Of a DNA stretch of 64,000 nucleotides, positions 11,069 to 23,942 are shown piece after piece. The notes beneath the pieces are model-generated. The model worked only from the letters and a program-made list of their open reading frames with translations, made no database searches and had not been told where the DNA came from. Position numbers and translations under genes: made by a program. Origin of the DNA: Nymphaea colorata (Eukaryota). Location of the stretch: positions 14,074,001-14,138,000 of the forward strand of contig NC_045138.2 in the NCBI RefSeq assembly GCF_008831285.2, in the 5' to 3' direction. Each line of letters opens with the position of its first letter. Position 1 is the stretch's first letter.

Positions 11069-12077
11069 GAATGAATCTGTTTCAAAACTAGAACAAAACA
11101 TGAACGGCTTAGACAGGACAATGAGTTTGATGTCCTCCTGAACTGGGTCGGAACTCCAATCGTTGAGTGGAGGAGGGGGAGTGGGGTGGTGGTTCTGGAA
11201 ACGAAACGAATTGCCTCACCCATTATTCCTAATATGAAATCAAAGATGAAAATTGAAGCCAAACAAGTGTATCATCTGACCTCGTATTTAATTAGTTTGT
11301 GGAGATGATGGTATAAAATCAGTCTTAAAATTGAATTGACAGCACACGATTAGGCAAATCAGCAAAATTATTAAGCTATTTATTTTTTAAACTATAAAAA
11401 AATTAAAACCAAGTAATCTTATAACATGCAAAAGTTTTTTTTAAAAAAAAAAAGAAATTAACGAACGGTACTTTTGTATCAGCTACTGAACCCAACTCGG
11501 TGACAAATGAAGCTGTCTCGAATCGATTTTATCTGAATAGGCCCATTTAAGCTGATTGATATAACACTCGTTCAGATTCGGAGCCCAATTTGATTGACAT
11601 CAACAATATCATATAATAGATGGGTGAAGGCTTATTTGAAGACGTTACATATGCATTAAACACGTTAGCTTTAAAAACCACTAGAGGTATTGAAACTTGC
11701 TACTCATAAGGCGCAGTGTAGAGCTCGGGCAGAGATGGTGACTTCAAGCTGCACAACAGCCTATTCACCTACGAAACTGGCCTGTGAACCTACTCAAGTA
11801 CCTAAACATCAGAATGAATTATCTTCAGACTAAAACGACTATATATAGATATTTTTGCCGCGAGAAACTGGTCTGTAAACCTACTCAAGTACCTAAACGG
11901 GCCTACATATGAGATGTAGGACAATCTTTCTAACAAAACAGGCCTACATATGACGAGTTCAATAAGGCACACTGACATATTTTCAGATTCCCACAAGTTT
12001 GCTCTGATAAGCGTGTAAAAAGTGAAAGGAAAAACATGAATTCAAACTAGTAATATACGTAATTCTCATTTATTTAT

Positions 12078-12078
<1 letters not shown>

Positions 12079-12130
<52 letters not shown>

Positions 12131-12142
12131 GAGAGAGAGAGA
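12079..12142. repeat. Compound (CA)n(TA)n(GA)n microsatellite
   Basis: Directly visible. Confidence 0.95.
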
Positions 12143-12835
12143 GGCAATTCTAATCGTTGTGTCAGACTGTTTAAAGTAGTTTCATGAAATCATTCAACAC
12201 GGATTTAGTACTTGAATCTAGTACTAGGAACAAAGCAAAGTGGAGCGAAATTGAGCATTTTCAAAATTGCCAAACAGACCAACGTCTACTTCCCATCAAT
12301 ACTCCATATCGGAAATAGACGACCGACTTCAAACGTAATTGAAACATCTCGGCTGTTCAAATTCTTTTGCTTCTGATGCCATCCCCATCTTCACACTCCG
12401 TAGATTAGAATTTGCCAAAACAAAACGCAAAACCCAGTTACTGCAATAGGTCAGCCAATAGTGTTGACAGGGAAGGCTCTCTCCCTCTGTCTCGCACACA
12501 CACACACACACACACACATGCATGCATATGTGAGAGCAAGATACAACTTAAGCAAAGAGTAAATTCCACCAACAGATCAACAGTCAGCATCTTTGGCAAA
12601 AAAATAAGCTGGCAATCTGAAATTCTACAAGCATACCTTTTCCTATTAACCTATGGCAATTAGGTTAGGCACCATTTGATCTTTTACAATTAAATTTCTA
12701 TGCCACTCGTCCTAATCAAGTGCAGGGACAAAAGTACAATGTTCTCAGCCATGAGCACGTAAAAGCTCGACGATGAAGCAACAAGGTACACAAATACCGC
12801 AGTTGATGGCAGCCCAAAGCCCGTCCTCTCACCAC

Positions 12836-15800
12836 TTAAGCTCCATCTTCAAATTTTGCATCGTACTGTTGTGGGGGCTGTGGCAAAACCGAGTAATAAA
12901 ATGTGAAGAAAAAACGAAAGAGAAACTCGAAGGATGCAACAAGAAACAAATTATGAAAACAAAACTTTCATTACCACAAAGTAAATCTATTCAAACGTCA
13001 CTGTAGACTATGTAAGATGCTTGCACTAAGTCAACGTTACAAACCAACAAACCATGTACTAGTGAAAGTTGCCGAAAAGAAGTAAAAATGCAAACGGAAA
13101 TAAGATGGACGGTAGCCAATAAAAGTCTTTGAAACCAGGTGGCCGAAAAAATAACCAAAGTGCCCAACATGGATACATCTGAAGGATCATATACCTATGT
13201 ATCTAGAACATGAACATTAATGATAATGATAAATAGACATACTGCACATAAGCAAAACCTACCATGAACATTGCTGTTATCATTCTCCCTGCAAACCACC
13301 TCCCATGCATGGCACGTTGGGCACTAGACGCTGCTGCCACACTGTCAAACTTCAAATAAACATGACCAAGACTTCTTCTGCAAAAGAAATTCCAAACACA
13401 GAAGAATGCAACCAAGGATGAGAGCTAGTTGTTCGTAGGAAAACATGATGGTAGAATTGCGCATGTAGGCCGCAACCATTTTCATGCGCACACAAGGAAA
13501 GGGGCAAAAATACAGACTAGCAATTAGATCATGATAATCCTGTATGAAAGGTTGCCCCAAAGATGGAACTTGCAATTCGAGCAACCTGGAATTTGGCCTT
13601 TGTTTTGCACCACTAAGAAAAGGCAAAAATTTATGGGAAACTGACTCCCATTTACAATCAGAAACAACAGCTTTGAACCATAACAATGCCACAGGGAGGG
13701 AGGGACAAAAACAAAATTAGGAACTCACTTGCCTATGCAAGCATGTCCAAATAACATGATTCTAAAACAAGAGATACACAATGCCAGATAAAAACCGAAA
13801 TACTCACTTGTCTACAAAGATATGCTTCACCACACCAAAATTAGAACACTCTTCTTGGACATCCTCTTTAATGTCCAAATCAAATTCAGGATCAGCCTGT
13901 AACACAGACATTTTCGATGTCATCTCATTTGAATATGTAATTAATATAAAAAAGGACCACACACCTCACTGGTTGGATCAAACATGTTCTTCAACAACAA
14001 GCATTCACTGGGAAGGCCAATAGGTTCAGCTGCAGGGAGAGCCACACTAGACGCTCCAGAGGTAGGCAAAGCAGACAGCTCTTGAAAAGGAAGAATTGGA
14101 GGTTGCACTGGAGTGGTGCCATTGAGCAAGGAAGTACGAAGTGAACCCACAATACTATAACAGATGCATATCATTTTGCTGTTAAGAAAATCAGAAGGAA
14201 ACAAATATAGGAAAAGTTGGTGCTAGCCCAAGAATGAACCTCGTAGCTGTACCAGTTCGATCCAGTTTCTGCATTAGCATTGCCCTTGATCTAGCATTAA
14301 GAGACTGCATGAGAAGAACTAAATTGCATAAGTAACACGATCAATAAGTTCACTCACAACATATGGTACAGAGAGTAGAATGTCAACATAATATGAGAAA
14401 ATTTTACTTTAAGCCATGAAAAATTATATAAAGTTGCAGCCAAGAGTATAGCTATTATGATTATCCTTTGTGCAATCACTCACAAAGCTCACATGCTTTA
14501 TTAATAAATGAAATTCCTGAATTTTCAGACAGGATTCACCGCAAGGCATCTGTGATCCAAACAGTTTAACACCATTGAGCCATATCAGAAAGGGCTTCAA
14601 TCACAACAACGTCATTAGGACTCTGGCCCTCCAGCATGAAGGACAGACATGTATTTTCCTTCTTATCCTTTCCATGAATAGCCACCTTCCGTATCTGGGT
14701 AAAAATCCCATTTAATGACTAACTAGCCTATAAAGCATCCACTATATCGTACCAGTCTACACCATATGATCATGGCAGATAGGATGCCACAGCCACATGA
14801 TACTATCACTTACCAAACCACCTCCATCATCATCATCGAAATCAGCAGCATTTGCCCCATTGTCTTGCGATCCAGCATGATCTGTGACTGCAGAAACCTA
14901 TACCATAAGATCATTAGGAATCAAAGTTCAGATGTTTCTTTGGGTAGAACAAATACTGCTGGAAAACAAAAAGTAAGTTTCTTAAAAGAACAAGTTGTAG
15001 TATTTTAGTAGAGAATTAAAATGCCAATATGCATACTGACGCTTCCTTGTTCCCTTTCCTCTCTGCCTTCTCTTCCCCACTCAGAGAGATGAGTTAAATA
15101 GTAGCATTAATGAGTTCAACAGACATCGACAGTAAAACAAGTCAACCCCAGCCAGTACCTTGATGGTCCTCCCTGCAATTTCAAGTTTGCCGTTTAGACA
15201 CTGAGCTGCTTTTGCATGTTCCAATTGGGCAAACTATTAAAGAAAAGAATAAAGGTAAAAATTAGCCAAGACTAACAAAAAAATAAAAGCAAACAGTCAG
15301 ACAATGCACGCACTTGAACAAATCCAAAGCCTTTGCAATGTCCAGTATCTTGATCAACATGCAGTTGAACAAGCTCAACAGGTCCAAAAGCTTCAAATAC
15401 CTGTAAGTTACAACAAAGAACAGTATGAAACCTTCATAGTGAAAGATTTACAGAGCTTCTAAGATTCTGATGAGCGGTGTGATTGTCCAAAAGAGATTAA
15501 TGAATTACACAATGTCTCAAAAAATCACAAAAACTTGAATGTTTCAACCAGTCCAAACCATTAGGATTAAGCTTTGATATCAACATGCAATGTAGATCAA
15601 GAGAAGCTACTCAAGAACAACACACAAAGACAAAACTTTGACATGAATTATTGAAAATTTTTTCTCAATTCTACTTTAAAGCATCAGTACTTCAAATTTG
15701 GATCCAGAATCCAGCTGCATTTCCATGTCCTCACTCCTCACAAACAACATTACACATGCATCATAATTCGGCAAGTAACTTGCAATAAATGCAGCAATCA

Positions 15801-18800
15801 GTAAACAGTGCCCTACAAGAAACCTCATAGAACAAAGATAGGATTTATTTGAGATTCTGAAGCACATAAGACAAACAAAGTTCTAAAGTAGCCTTCAATG
15901 TGATGATTGACTGTCATGTAAAGTTTCTTCTGATCCCAAAAGAGGAAAATACGAGAAATTACAATGAAGCTAGTCGCAAAAAGAAAGAGGAATGTAAATA
16001 AATGTCATACACACCTGTCTAAGTTGATCTTCAGTCATATTAAAATGTAAGTTCCCAACATAAAGTTTCCGAGCGAAAGCTGAATATGGTCCTGCAAGAC
16101 CACCTGCTCCTGCAGCAGATGCAGTTGATTGAACAAGATTTTTCTCGGCTTCTGAAGGTTTAACCATTACAGGCTGACCAAAAAGTGGCTGTCCTGACAG
16201 AGCAATTGCCATGGGCACAGACATTGCATCATAGAACTCAACATACCTGCAAGGGGAGGAGGAACATAAGTTTACTTCTGAGTAATGGAGCAGAAGGTTT
16301 TCCAGAAAGAATATATTGTGTAATCAAATTTAACAGTGTCAAGGACTTGGGTAAAAGTTCATTTTGACCAACAGCTTTCGATTTAGTAGCGATTAAGTAT
16401 GTTATAGATTGGAGCATATTCATTTTGTCTCCACCATATACTTGGTAAGACACATATTTCAGATTCATGATGTTTCAGCATTTATATATGTATTTTTTAA
16501 ACCTGAAATATGAAAGCCTATAACACATGAAGAACAATATAAATAAAGCAGCGTGGAATGTGGGATTTTAATACCAGCAGAGTGCATGCAGATTCCGAGA
16601 ATTCATAATCCAAAACATGTTTTAAATAAACACAGAAAACTAATTGATTATATGAGTAATTGTTGAAAAAGAGTCAGCTAGATCACTATCAGCTGTAAAT
16701 GTTGCTGCTTCATCCCTCAGTTCCCCCTCTTCATCACCCTTCTCAGCTGTCATAACCTTGTCCTTTGCATTTGTTAACATATTAAACAAAATATGAGATA
16801 TTGCAAGGCATCTTTGTACATGAACGCTCTCAAACATGACAAGACTTTGCGGTTCTACATTAAAGAGCATTAGGGACCAGTTAGGCATCCTTGAAACATC
16901 AAGCAAGCTATTCTGTGCAGAGAAGCCATTAGGTTGCATGGTTCAGCTGGCCTGTTATGGCCTTATGGGCAATGTGAGACACGTTTGGTCCCATTGACGA
17001 CTCCCTGATAGGAATATCTTGCATTAAAAAAACCAACTGTTCCAAACACAAGTAACACAAATTACATACCCAACTCCTTTTGATCGTCTTGAATTTCGAT
17101 CCATAATCAGGCGAACATCCCTCACCTGAAAATTTCAAAAGGATACATTAGCATATGCAACGCATTGGGAGAAATTCTCAAAGCAAGAAAAAAATTTATT
17201 TTATCTTTTAATAATGTGCCTGCACATGTCAACACCTTGAGTGATGGTTAGCACTTAGCAGTGTTACCGACTAACTTTTTATGAGCTGAGCATATTTACA
17301 CTCACCACATGCAAAGAATGCCGATGCCCACAAAAAATCACTATAAAACGCATCATTGAACCCAGTGGAGCATTTGCTGCAATAACAAGCAAATACATCT
17401 CAATGATTTTCACCCACACTAGTTTGAATTTCCTTTTATGCATTAGGAATGCACAGTCCTATTGAATATCCTAGACAAGTGATAGATAGGTAACAGAAGA
17501 ACTGACAAGGATGATTTAAATGAAATCAACTCCGAAAATAACACACAGAAGTAAAAGTAATTTATGTCAGAAAGAAAACAATATGTACACGACCCTAAAA
17601 TCATAGCATGAACACTGCACACAATCATCACACTGACCTTGCCAGCTCTCGAGAAAAACTCATAAACATCTTTCTCAGTTGCCTTCAAAGACATCTGCAA
17701 TAAATGGAAACAAGTTCAGATAATTGTGAGGATTCACCCTCAAACTATGTGTTACATTATAATGCAGGATGGAAGCGAAGGACTAGCATACAAAGAACAA
17801 CAGTGAAACAACCTAAGGAAGTGCAAATAAGATATCGCTTGAATATTTCCATAATGAGCAATCGGAATGGACTTATTGTCACATAGACAAGTCATACCTG
17901 GTAAGCAAACACAGTTCTTTGGTCCCTCTCAGGATCAGCTTCAGATTCCACTGCTTCCTTTTTCCCTTTCGGCCTCCTGCATCAAGACAAAAAGATGTTT
18001 GCAGTTGGTAAAAAAGATACAGATCTTCGACAATTCAGCAGTACTTCAAAAATTCAGAAACTTTTTGCATGTTGATAAGCACAGGTTAGTTCGCTTATCT
18101 CAGTCATCCAAAAGCAAAAACAGAAAGTTCCAGTACTTGAAACTTGTAACAGCCAAAGCAACAGAATTTACGTCAGATACTCTAAACTTTCTTTGTCGAA
18201 AAACTTGTAGAAGTAAACCCAACCAATCTTACAGCAGAGTCGTCTCACTAATTGAACTCAAAAAATGTCTTTTGCTTTACAGGATGGATAAAAGTACGTT
18301 TTAAATGCACGCTAGGAAAAAGATGAAGCTATGACATCCAGCACAATATGCTCTCTGTGTTCGAAGAGAACAAAGAACATCATCTTTTAACAAGCAGAAC
18401 TTATGCAGCGACGGTTTCAATAGAAGCACACATTCTGGGACGATGTTAAAAAAAGTTACAAAGAAAAAAGGAACTCTTGACCCACTATGCGTGACAATCA
18501 AATTGTGAGTCTACGAATGGAGCTTCTATCTAACAGAAAACCAAGAAAATACCAACGTACCTGTTACTGTCTCTAATTTCACTCTCCGGTTCTCTTTCTC
18601 TTTGCTTCTCTCCTTTTTCCGTTGCCTCTCCTTCCCTGTTTCTCCTTTCCATCTGTCTCTCGACATCCCTCTCCTGCTCGCTCCTATGCTTTCCCGAACG
18701 GCTGCCGCTTCCAGGGGACCTATCACGGCCCTTCTCCTTCTCTCTTTCCCTCTCTCTTTCACCATCACGCTCCTGTACACTCGCTCTTTCACGCTGCGTC

Positions 18801-19195
18801 TCCCTCCCCTTGTCCGACTTATTGTTCTCCTTCTTTTGTTCACCATACCGAGACCCGCGTTCATAATTGCTCCTACTGCTCCTGCGGTCATCCTTCTCGC
18901 TCCCTCTTGGCAAACCTCGACGGTGTGCCGAGCTCCTCTCAGAATGCCGGGGCTGCCCATGTCTTGATGCGTGCCGACTCTCGCTCTTGTCGCTCCTCTC
19001 TCCATTGTGCTTATCTGATCTTTCCTTCTTCAACCTACTCTCCTTGATCTCCCCATCCCCATCATCCCTATCCTTGGAACCCTTCTCCGATTGCTGCCGC
19101 TTCCCCGAATTCCCACTCCCGCCCTCCGTGGACGCCTTATGCAATCCAGGGTTCTCAACGGTCTGCTCTAAGTAATCATACTCATCAAAATCCAT
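12836..19195 (-). CDS. RBM39: RBM39/CC1-like splicing factor (RS/RE-rich N-terminus, two RRMs, C-terminal UHM-type RRM), 13 coding exons, about 601 aa
   Basis: Exons 19195-18561, 17976-17898, 17694-17638, 17125-17070, 16246-16015, 15400-15314, 15233-15159, 14897-14814, 14304-14240, 14154-13965, 13896-13808, 13377-13263, 12877-12836. All introns are GT-AG and the exons total 1806 nt in one frame. Motifs: MDFDEYDYLE, EADPERDQRTVFAYQ, RRSKGVGYVEFYD, KLYVGNLHFNMTEDQL, CLLLKNMFDP, HGRWFAGRMITA. Probable 5'UTR intron at 19481-19213. Confidence 0.95.
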
Positions 19196-20084
19196 CTATC
19201 TCACGCTTCTGTCTGAAAAGAAACAGAAGAAAAGGGAAAGCGTTGCTGAATCCAGCAAAATCACCGAATCGACTCCAAATAAACCCGGTCGTCAGCTAAA
19301 ATCCCTAGAAAATGCGACGCAAAACGAACTGCTGCTATCTGTGTCCAGTAAAAAGCCAAGACGATCGCCGACAACCATGCAAACTAAACCCTATAAGAAG
19401 ATTGCGGCAAATAATGGAAAGAGAAAGAGAGTCCGTTAAAGAGCTCGCAGACGGAAACCCTCTTTCCCGCCTGGCACACACCTTATCTCCTTCTGGGCGT
19501 GTCGGTGTGGGGCGCAAGCAAGCGACTGAGAGGATGAAGGAGAGGAGCAGATGGTGGATAGTTCACCTCCTGGATTGCGGCTGCTGCGCTTCACTTCCCG
19601 GTACTTGGCCGTTGGAAAGGGGCAAGCGGGAAGGGTCGCATGGACGGGAGCACGACCTCTCTTTTATCCATGGGGGTTGGGTTGGACATGGACGGAGCGA
19701 AGATCCACTAAGAACCAAATAAATTAATAAACACAGGGAACTTCCCGGCGGAACCCGGCTCATCGCGCCCTGCTCCACCCGATTTCTCTTGTTTACGTCT
19801 CCTCCTTCACCGAATGGACGAGTATATATATATATAAACCGGATACCTAAGTCAGGAATAAAAAACCTTTTGATTTTGAGTTTTACAGATGAGTTGAAGT
19901 AAAACATATACTAAGTTGATCATTTGTTAGACTTTCATTGTGTCTTTATACTAAGAAAAAATAAACGGCCCCCAAAAAAATCAACATTTTCATTAAAACA
20001 ACTTGGACAAAGCATGTTTGTTATCAAAATAGTCTTTATAAATATATTAAGATGTTTATATTGTATGTAAAATACTTTTAAACA

Positions 20085-20249
<165 letters not shown>

Positions 20250-23200
20250 TTAGTTTATTTTTATTTACGGCGTTTAAGTTTACACCAATTTGCATAAATC
20301 CATGAACGAAAATCAACTTTTAATTCTAAGATTAAATTGTGCACATATAATCACCTTGCGACTTTAATCTACAGTATAAATCACGTTTAAACCAAGCATT
20401 TTATTAATCAAATAATTCAAGAGATAAGCTTGGATAACTTAACTTTGTTATTAATTGCTCGTCATACATATGGTTGATGCTTAGCCTGCTCAAATAAGTT
20501 GCTGAATGAGCCTCACCTTGGCTTGTTCAATTCGTTAAGCTTATTTTTCAGCCCTAATCGCCACGGCTCATAGTTAAAGGCTGTGTGTCCACTTCATCTA
20601 GGCTCAACTGGTGATGAAAACTCACTCTTCATTGCCAAACTCGTTTTGCATGGAAAATTCAACCCGTTGCCTATTCTCTCGTTCACATGCAATTTATACA
20701 TATTGTAGTTGTACATTATATCGATTGCATGCACTTAAAACTACATACGTGAGACATATCATGCATATGCTTTATTATCATTATAGCGTTCCAATAAATC
20801 AAACGGTACTTCGACAAAAATAAGTTGCCGGAGTTAGCCTATGAGTAATTGAGGTCCGAACTTCTTGTCCTAGATGGTCAAAGAAGGATGACTCTACTGG
20901 TGTGCCAGTCACCAAGCCACTCTAAGATGCACTTTTTCTTACTTTGGGCTGCCCAGGAGGATTGCCAGATAAGGGCCTGCGGCTAGGTCATCCCTATCAA
21001 TTTATTGTTAATAAACAAAATAGCCTCCACGAAGAAGGCTACTCCTTCAACTCTATTTCCACCTACTGAATTGAACCCAAGTTGGGAGGCGATCACGTTA
21101 GTTCAAGACATTCATAAACATCAGCAAGACTTGATAAAAATGAGATGATGATGGAGAAGACAACCGCGCCCTTCGAATGCCTGACAACAACAAAAGATTG
21201 CCTACACTTCGTCCTCCACAGTTAAGAGTATTCAAGCTGCCTCCCTCTGAAAATTGGCCCAAAGAACAGCTGTCTATCTCTGAAAATTGGGCAGAAGACT
21301 CGAGCAATCCTGCGTGCTACAAGTCTCCCTGCTTAACTTCCCCCGCCCGGAAGACCACCCAGGCCATAAGATGCATTTAGAGATTCTACTTGAAATCTTA
21401 TTCACGATTTTGACTTAGTCGGAAAGCTGTTCAGATGATAAAGTCTGTTATGACATAGAACTGCCAATGGCGATTATACCACCGCAATTTGATTGCAGCA
21501 CTGGTTGCGAGTTGATACAACGGGCCCTTGGATAGCTCTCAGCTCGTATGATATATTTGAACATATCATTTATTTTCATACGTTTCAGGCACAGATTGTC
21601 TTAGCAAAGCTTACTTCTAAGGGAAAGAAAAATGCAGACTTATGGGACTGTGCATTCTTGGGTTACACCAGCAGAAGAACTTTTTTCCTTTCTAAATTTT
21701 GTACACGAAAACCACAACTTCAATGATTTCCCCACTCTTCTGCAAATAATACAATTTGGCTTACATGAAGGTGAGAGCACATGAAGTTCGAACTTTGATT
21801 CACACTGAATAAAGGCTGAGTTGAAGGAGAGGCAATCAGCAAGCTGTTTCTAACACATGCTCCTCTAATTTGATAGGGTATAGTTGTACACGATATAGAA
21901 TGTGTGTGACCTAAACCACAAGAACTTTTTGAAACAATAACTGAACCAACGCCTCACTGTTTTATGTGGTTGATACGGAGCTGCGGTTGGTATAATTTCC
22001 AATGCCAACCATGCTGTGTGTAAACTTAGAAAAGCAACAAAGCCTGCTGTTAGGAAGATGCTCAATCGTTCGTAGAGTTGCAATGAATCCAATGGAACAT
22101 TGCCATAAAAGAGATGAGGGGCACACGAAAGAGTTGGACCGAACATAATCCCGTGTTTACAAATGTATATACATCACTGAATTTAAAAGACTAACCCCTT
22201 GAAATAAATCAAAGTGGTTCAACAAAATGCACATGACTTTATAAAAGAACAAATTAGTCATAAAATAAACTTGACTGGGCATAACCTGCAATCACAATTG
22301 CCTTTGAATAACTAAAATAAGTTTAGACAGGGCCATATTAATAGAAGATGGACACATAAAATAGTAGCAAGTAGCAGCTGCAGATGATCCTTTGCCTTTA
22401 CCTTGCAGCCACCTGCAATATGTAATACACCTCGTTCTAGGTGCTTTTTGTAAATGGCGACCTTGCAGAACTTGGCTTAATGGTGACGAAAAGACCCTGT
22501 TTATAACAACCTAGATGTTAGTGTTTGTTACCTAACAAAAGAATTAGAAGATAGCAGATTCAGATCGATTATACACCGTTTTAACCTGATGTCGCCAAGA
22601 TCGTCTAGTAAATATATCATATTTTATTTCAGATAGGCTGGCTTTGGCCCTCTGCTTCGGTTAAAGCGCATGATTCCAAACAATTTCCTAGTCGGAATTA
22701 AAACATCAAGGAAAGAAAGGGAAGAAAATGGAGAAGAAAAGAAAAACAAAACAAAAAGAAGAAGAAAATTGCCGTATTCTCCACAACAACATGGCTCATA
22801 TCAAGTGTAATTTTGGGTGACTCCAACATCATGGTTGAAGAAGGCGTCGAGGGAAAGAAGATACCAAAAGCCCAAAAGGGCGGCACCTCCAATCACAAGA
22901 TGCATTCGTCAAGTACCATTCGAGCCTCTCTCTTTCTAATCATCGCCAATCATAATTGAACGCCGATAGGGGAAAAAAATGAAGCCAAAAAGAACTAAAA
23001 CAAATTTTTGTAAACCACAAAAATTATAATGGTGGAGTTAACACTGAGAAAACCAATTGAAACGCAAAGGAAGATACAAGAAAAAAAAAAAAAAGAGCTC
23101 ACGCCTTAGAGCTAGTACTTTCCAAATACAACAAACACCACAAAAAAATTCATCAAGAGAAAAAAACAAAAGAAGAAGGAAACAAATTTCCGCATTCCTC

Positions 23201-23293
23201 CAAGGCCGCTGAAAAGCAGGAAGACGGCGAAGCAACCATGGACGAAAAGCAGAAAAGGAAACGGCAGAGAAATAAAAGAGAGAGAGGAACGAA

Positions 23294-23905
23294 TGGGCCT
23301 AGTCGAGCGATCAGATGCTAGGGTTTTCCGTCAGCCGGGAACAACCCATTTCCGTCAGCCGCCGCCACACAAGAGAGAGAGAGAGAGAGAGAGCTAGGGT
23401 TTCCGAAGATCTCCAGTGCGCTTGACGAATGACGACCCTATCCCCGCGGGAAACCAAAACCATTCCAAATCATTTAAATGGACCTGCTAAACCACAATCA
23501 GATCGGATTAGTTGGACTTGGAGCCAGTTCCAAGTTTCTGTAATCTGATTCAGATCCGCTGAAATATGAACCGTATATACATCAAGTATACGCGCCATAA
23601 CCCTATTGGATCTGGGAACCAATTTAGCTGACGCCAACCATTTCCGGGTCCAAATCCGAGTCAAGGATATCCTAGATCCATAGGGTGGGGCTTGAATGAA
23701 TGAGATCTAAATCGATGTGAGACCAGGCAACGGTGCAGACCCGGACCATTTGCAACCTTAGTAGCTAAGTTCATTCAATTGGATTTATCTAGAAAAACCC
23801 ATAAACTGAATAAATGTGGAGATATCCGGTCCAATCAAAATCCACGGAGAGGTGGCGGGAAATTGAAGAAGAGCAAAAATTTGAAAAGAGCGTTGCGTTT
23901 CCCGC
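23294..23905. promoter_or_regulatory. Cell-proliferation-type, possibly bidirectional promoter (3 E2F sites, 2 telo-boxes, site II, CCAAT)
   Basis: TTTCCCGC at 23898-23905 (+), 23855-23862 (-) and 23446-23453 (-). AAACCCTA on minus at 23319-23326 and 23395-23402. TGGGCC at 23294-23299 and CCAAT at 23831. (CT)n leaders face outward on both strands. Confidence 0.65.
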
Positions 23906-23942
23906 GCCTCTCTCTCTCTCGATCCGCCAACAATTTGTTACC

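Noticed and set aside
11770..12020. Direct repeats and a PBS-like TTATCAGAGC on the minus strand
   Set aside because: Suggests an LTR-element remnant, but no LTR pair or coding motif could be confirmed.
18526..19175. Several long overlapping ORFs
   Set aside because: Alternative frames and antisense of the purine-rich RBM39 exon 1.
22555..22625. Possible C/D-box snoRNA on minus (ATGATA..CTGA)
   Set aside because: C box is imperfect, and only about 9 nt of recalled rRNA complementarity; not supportable without an Rfam search.
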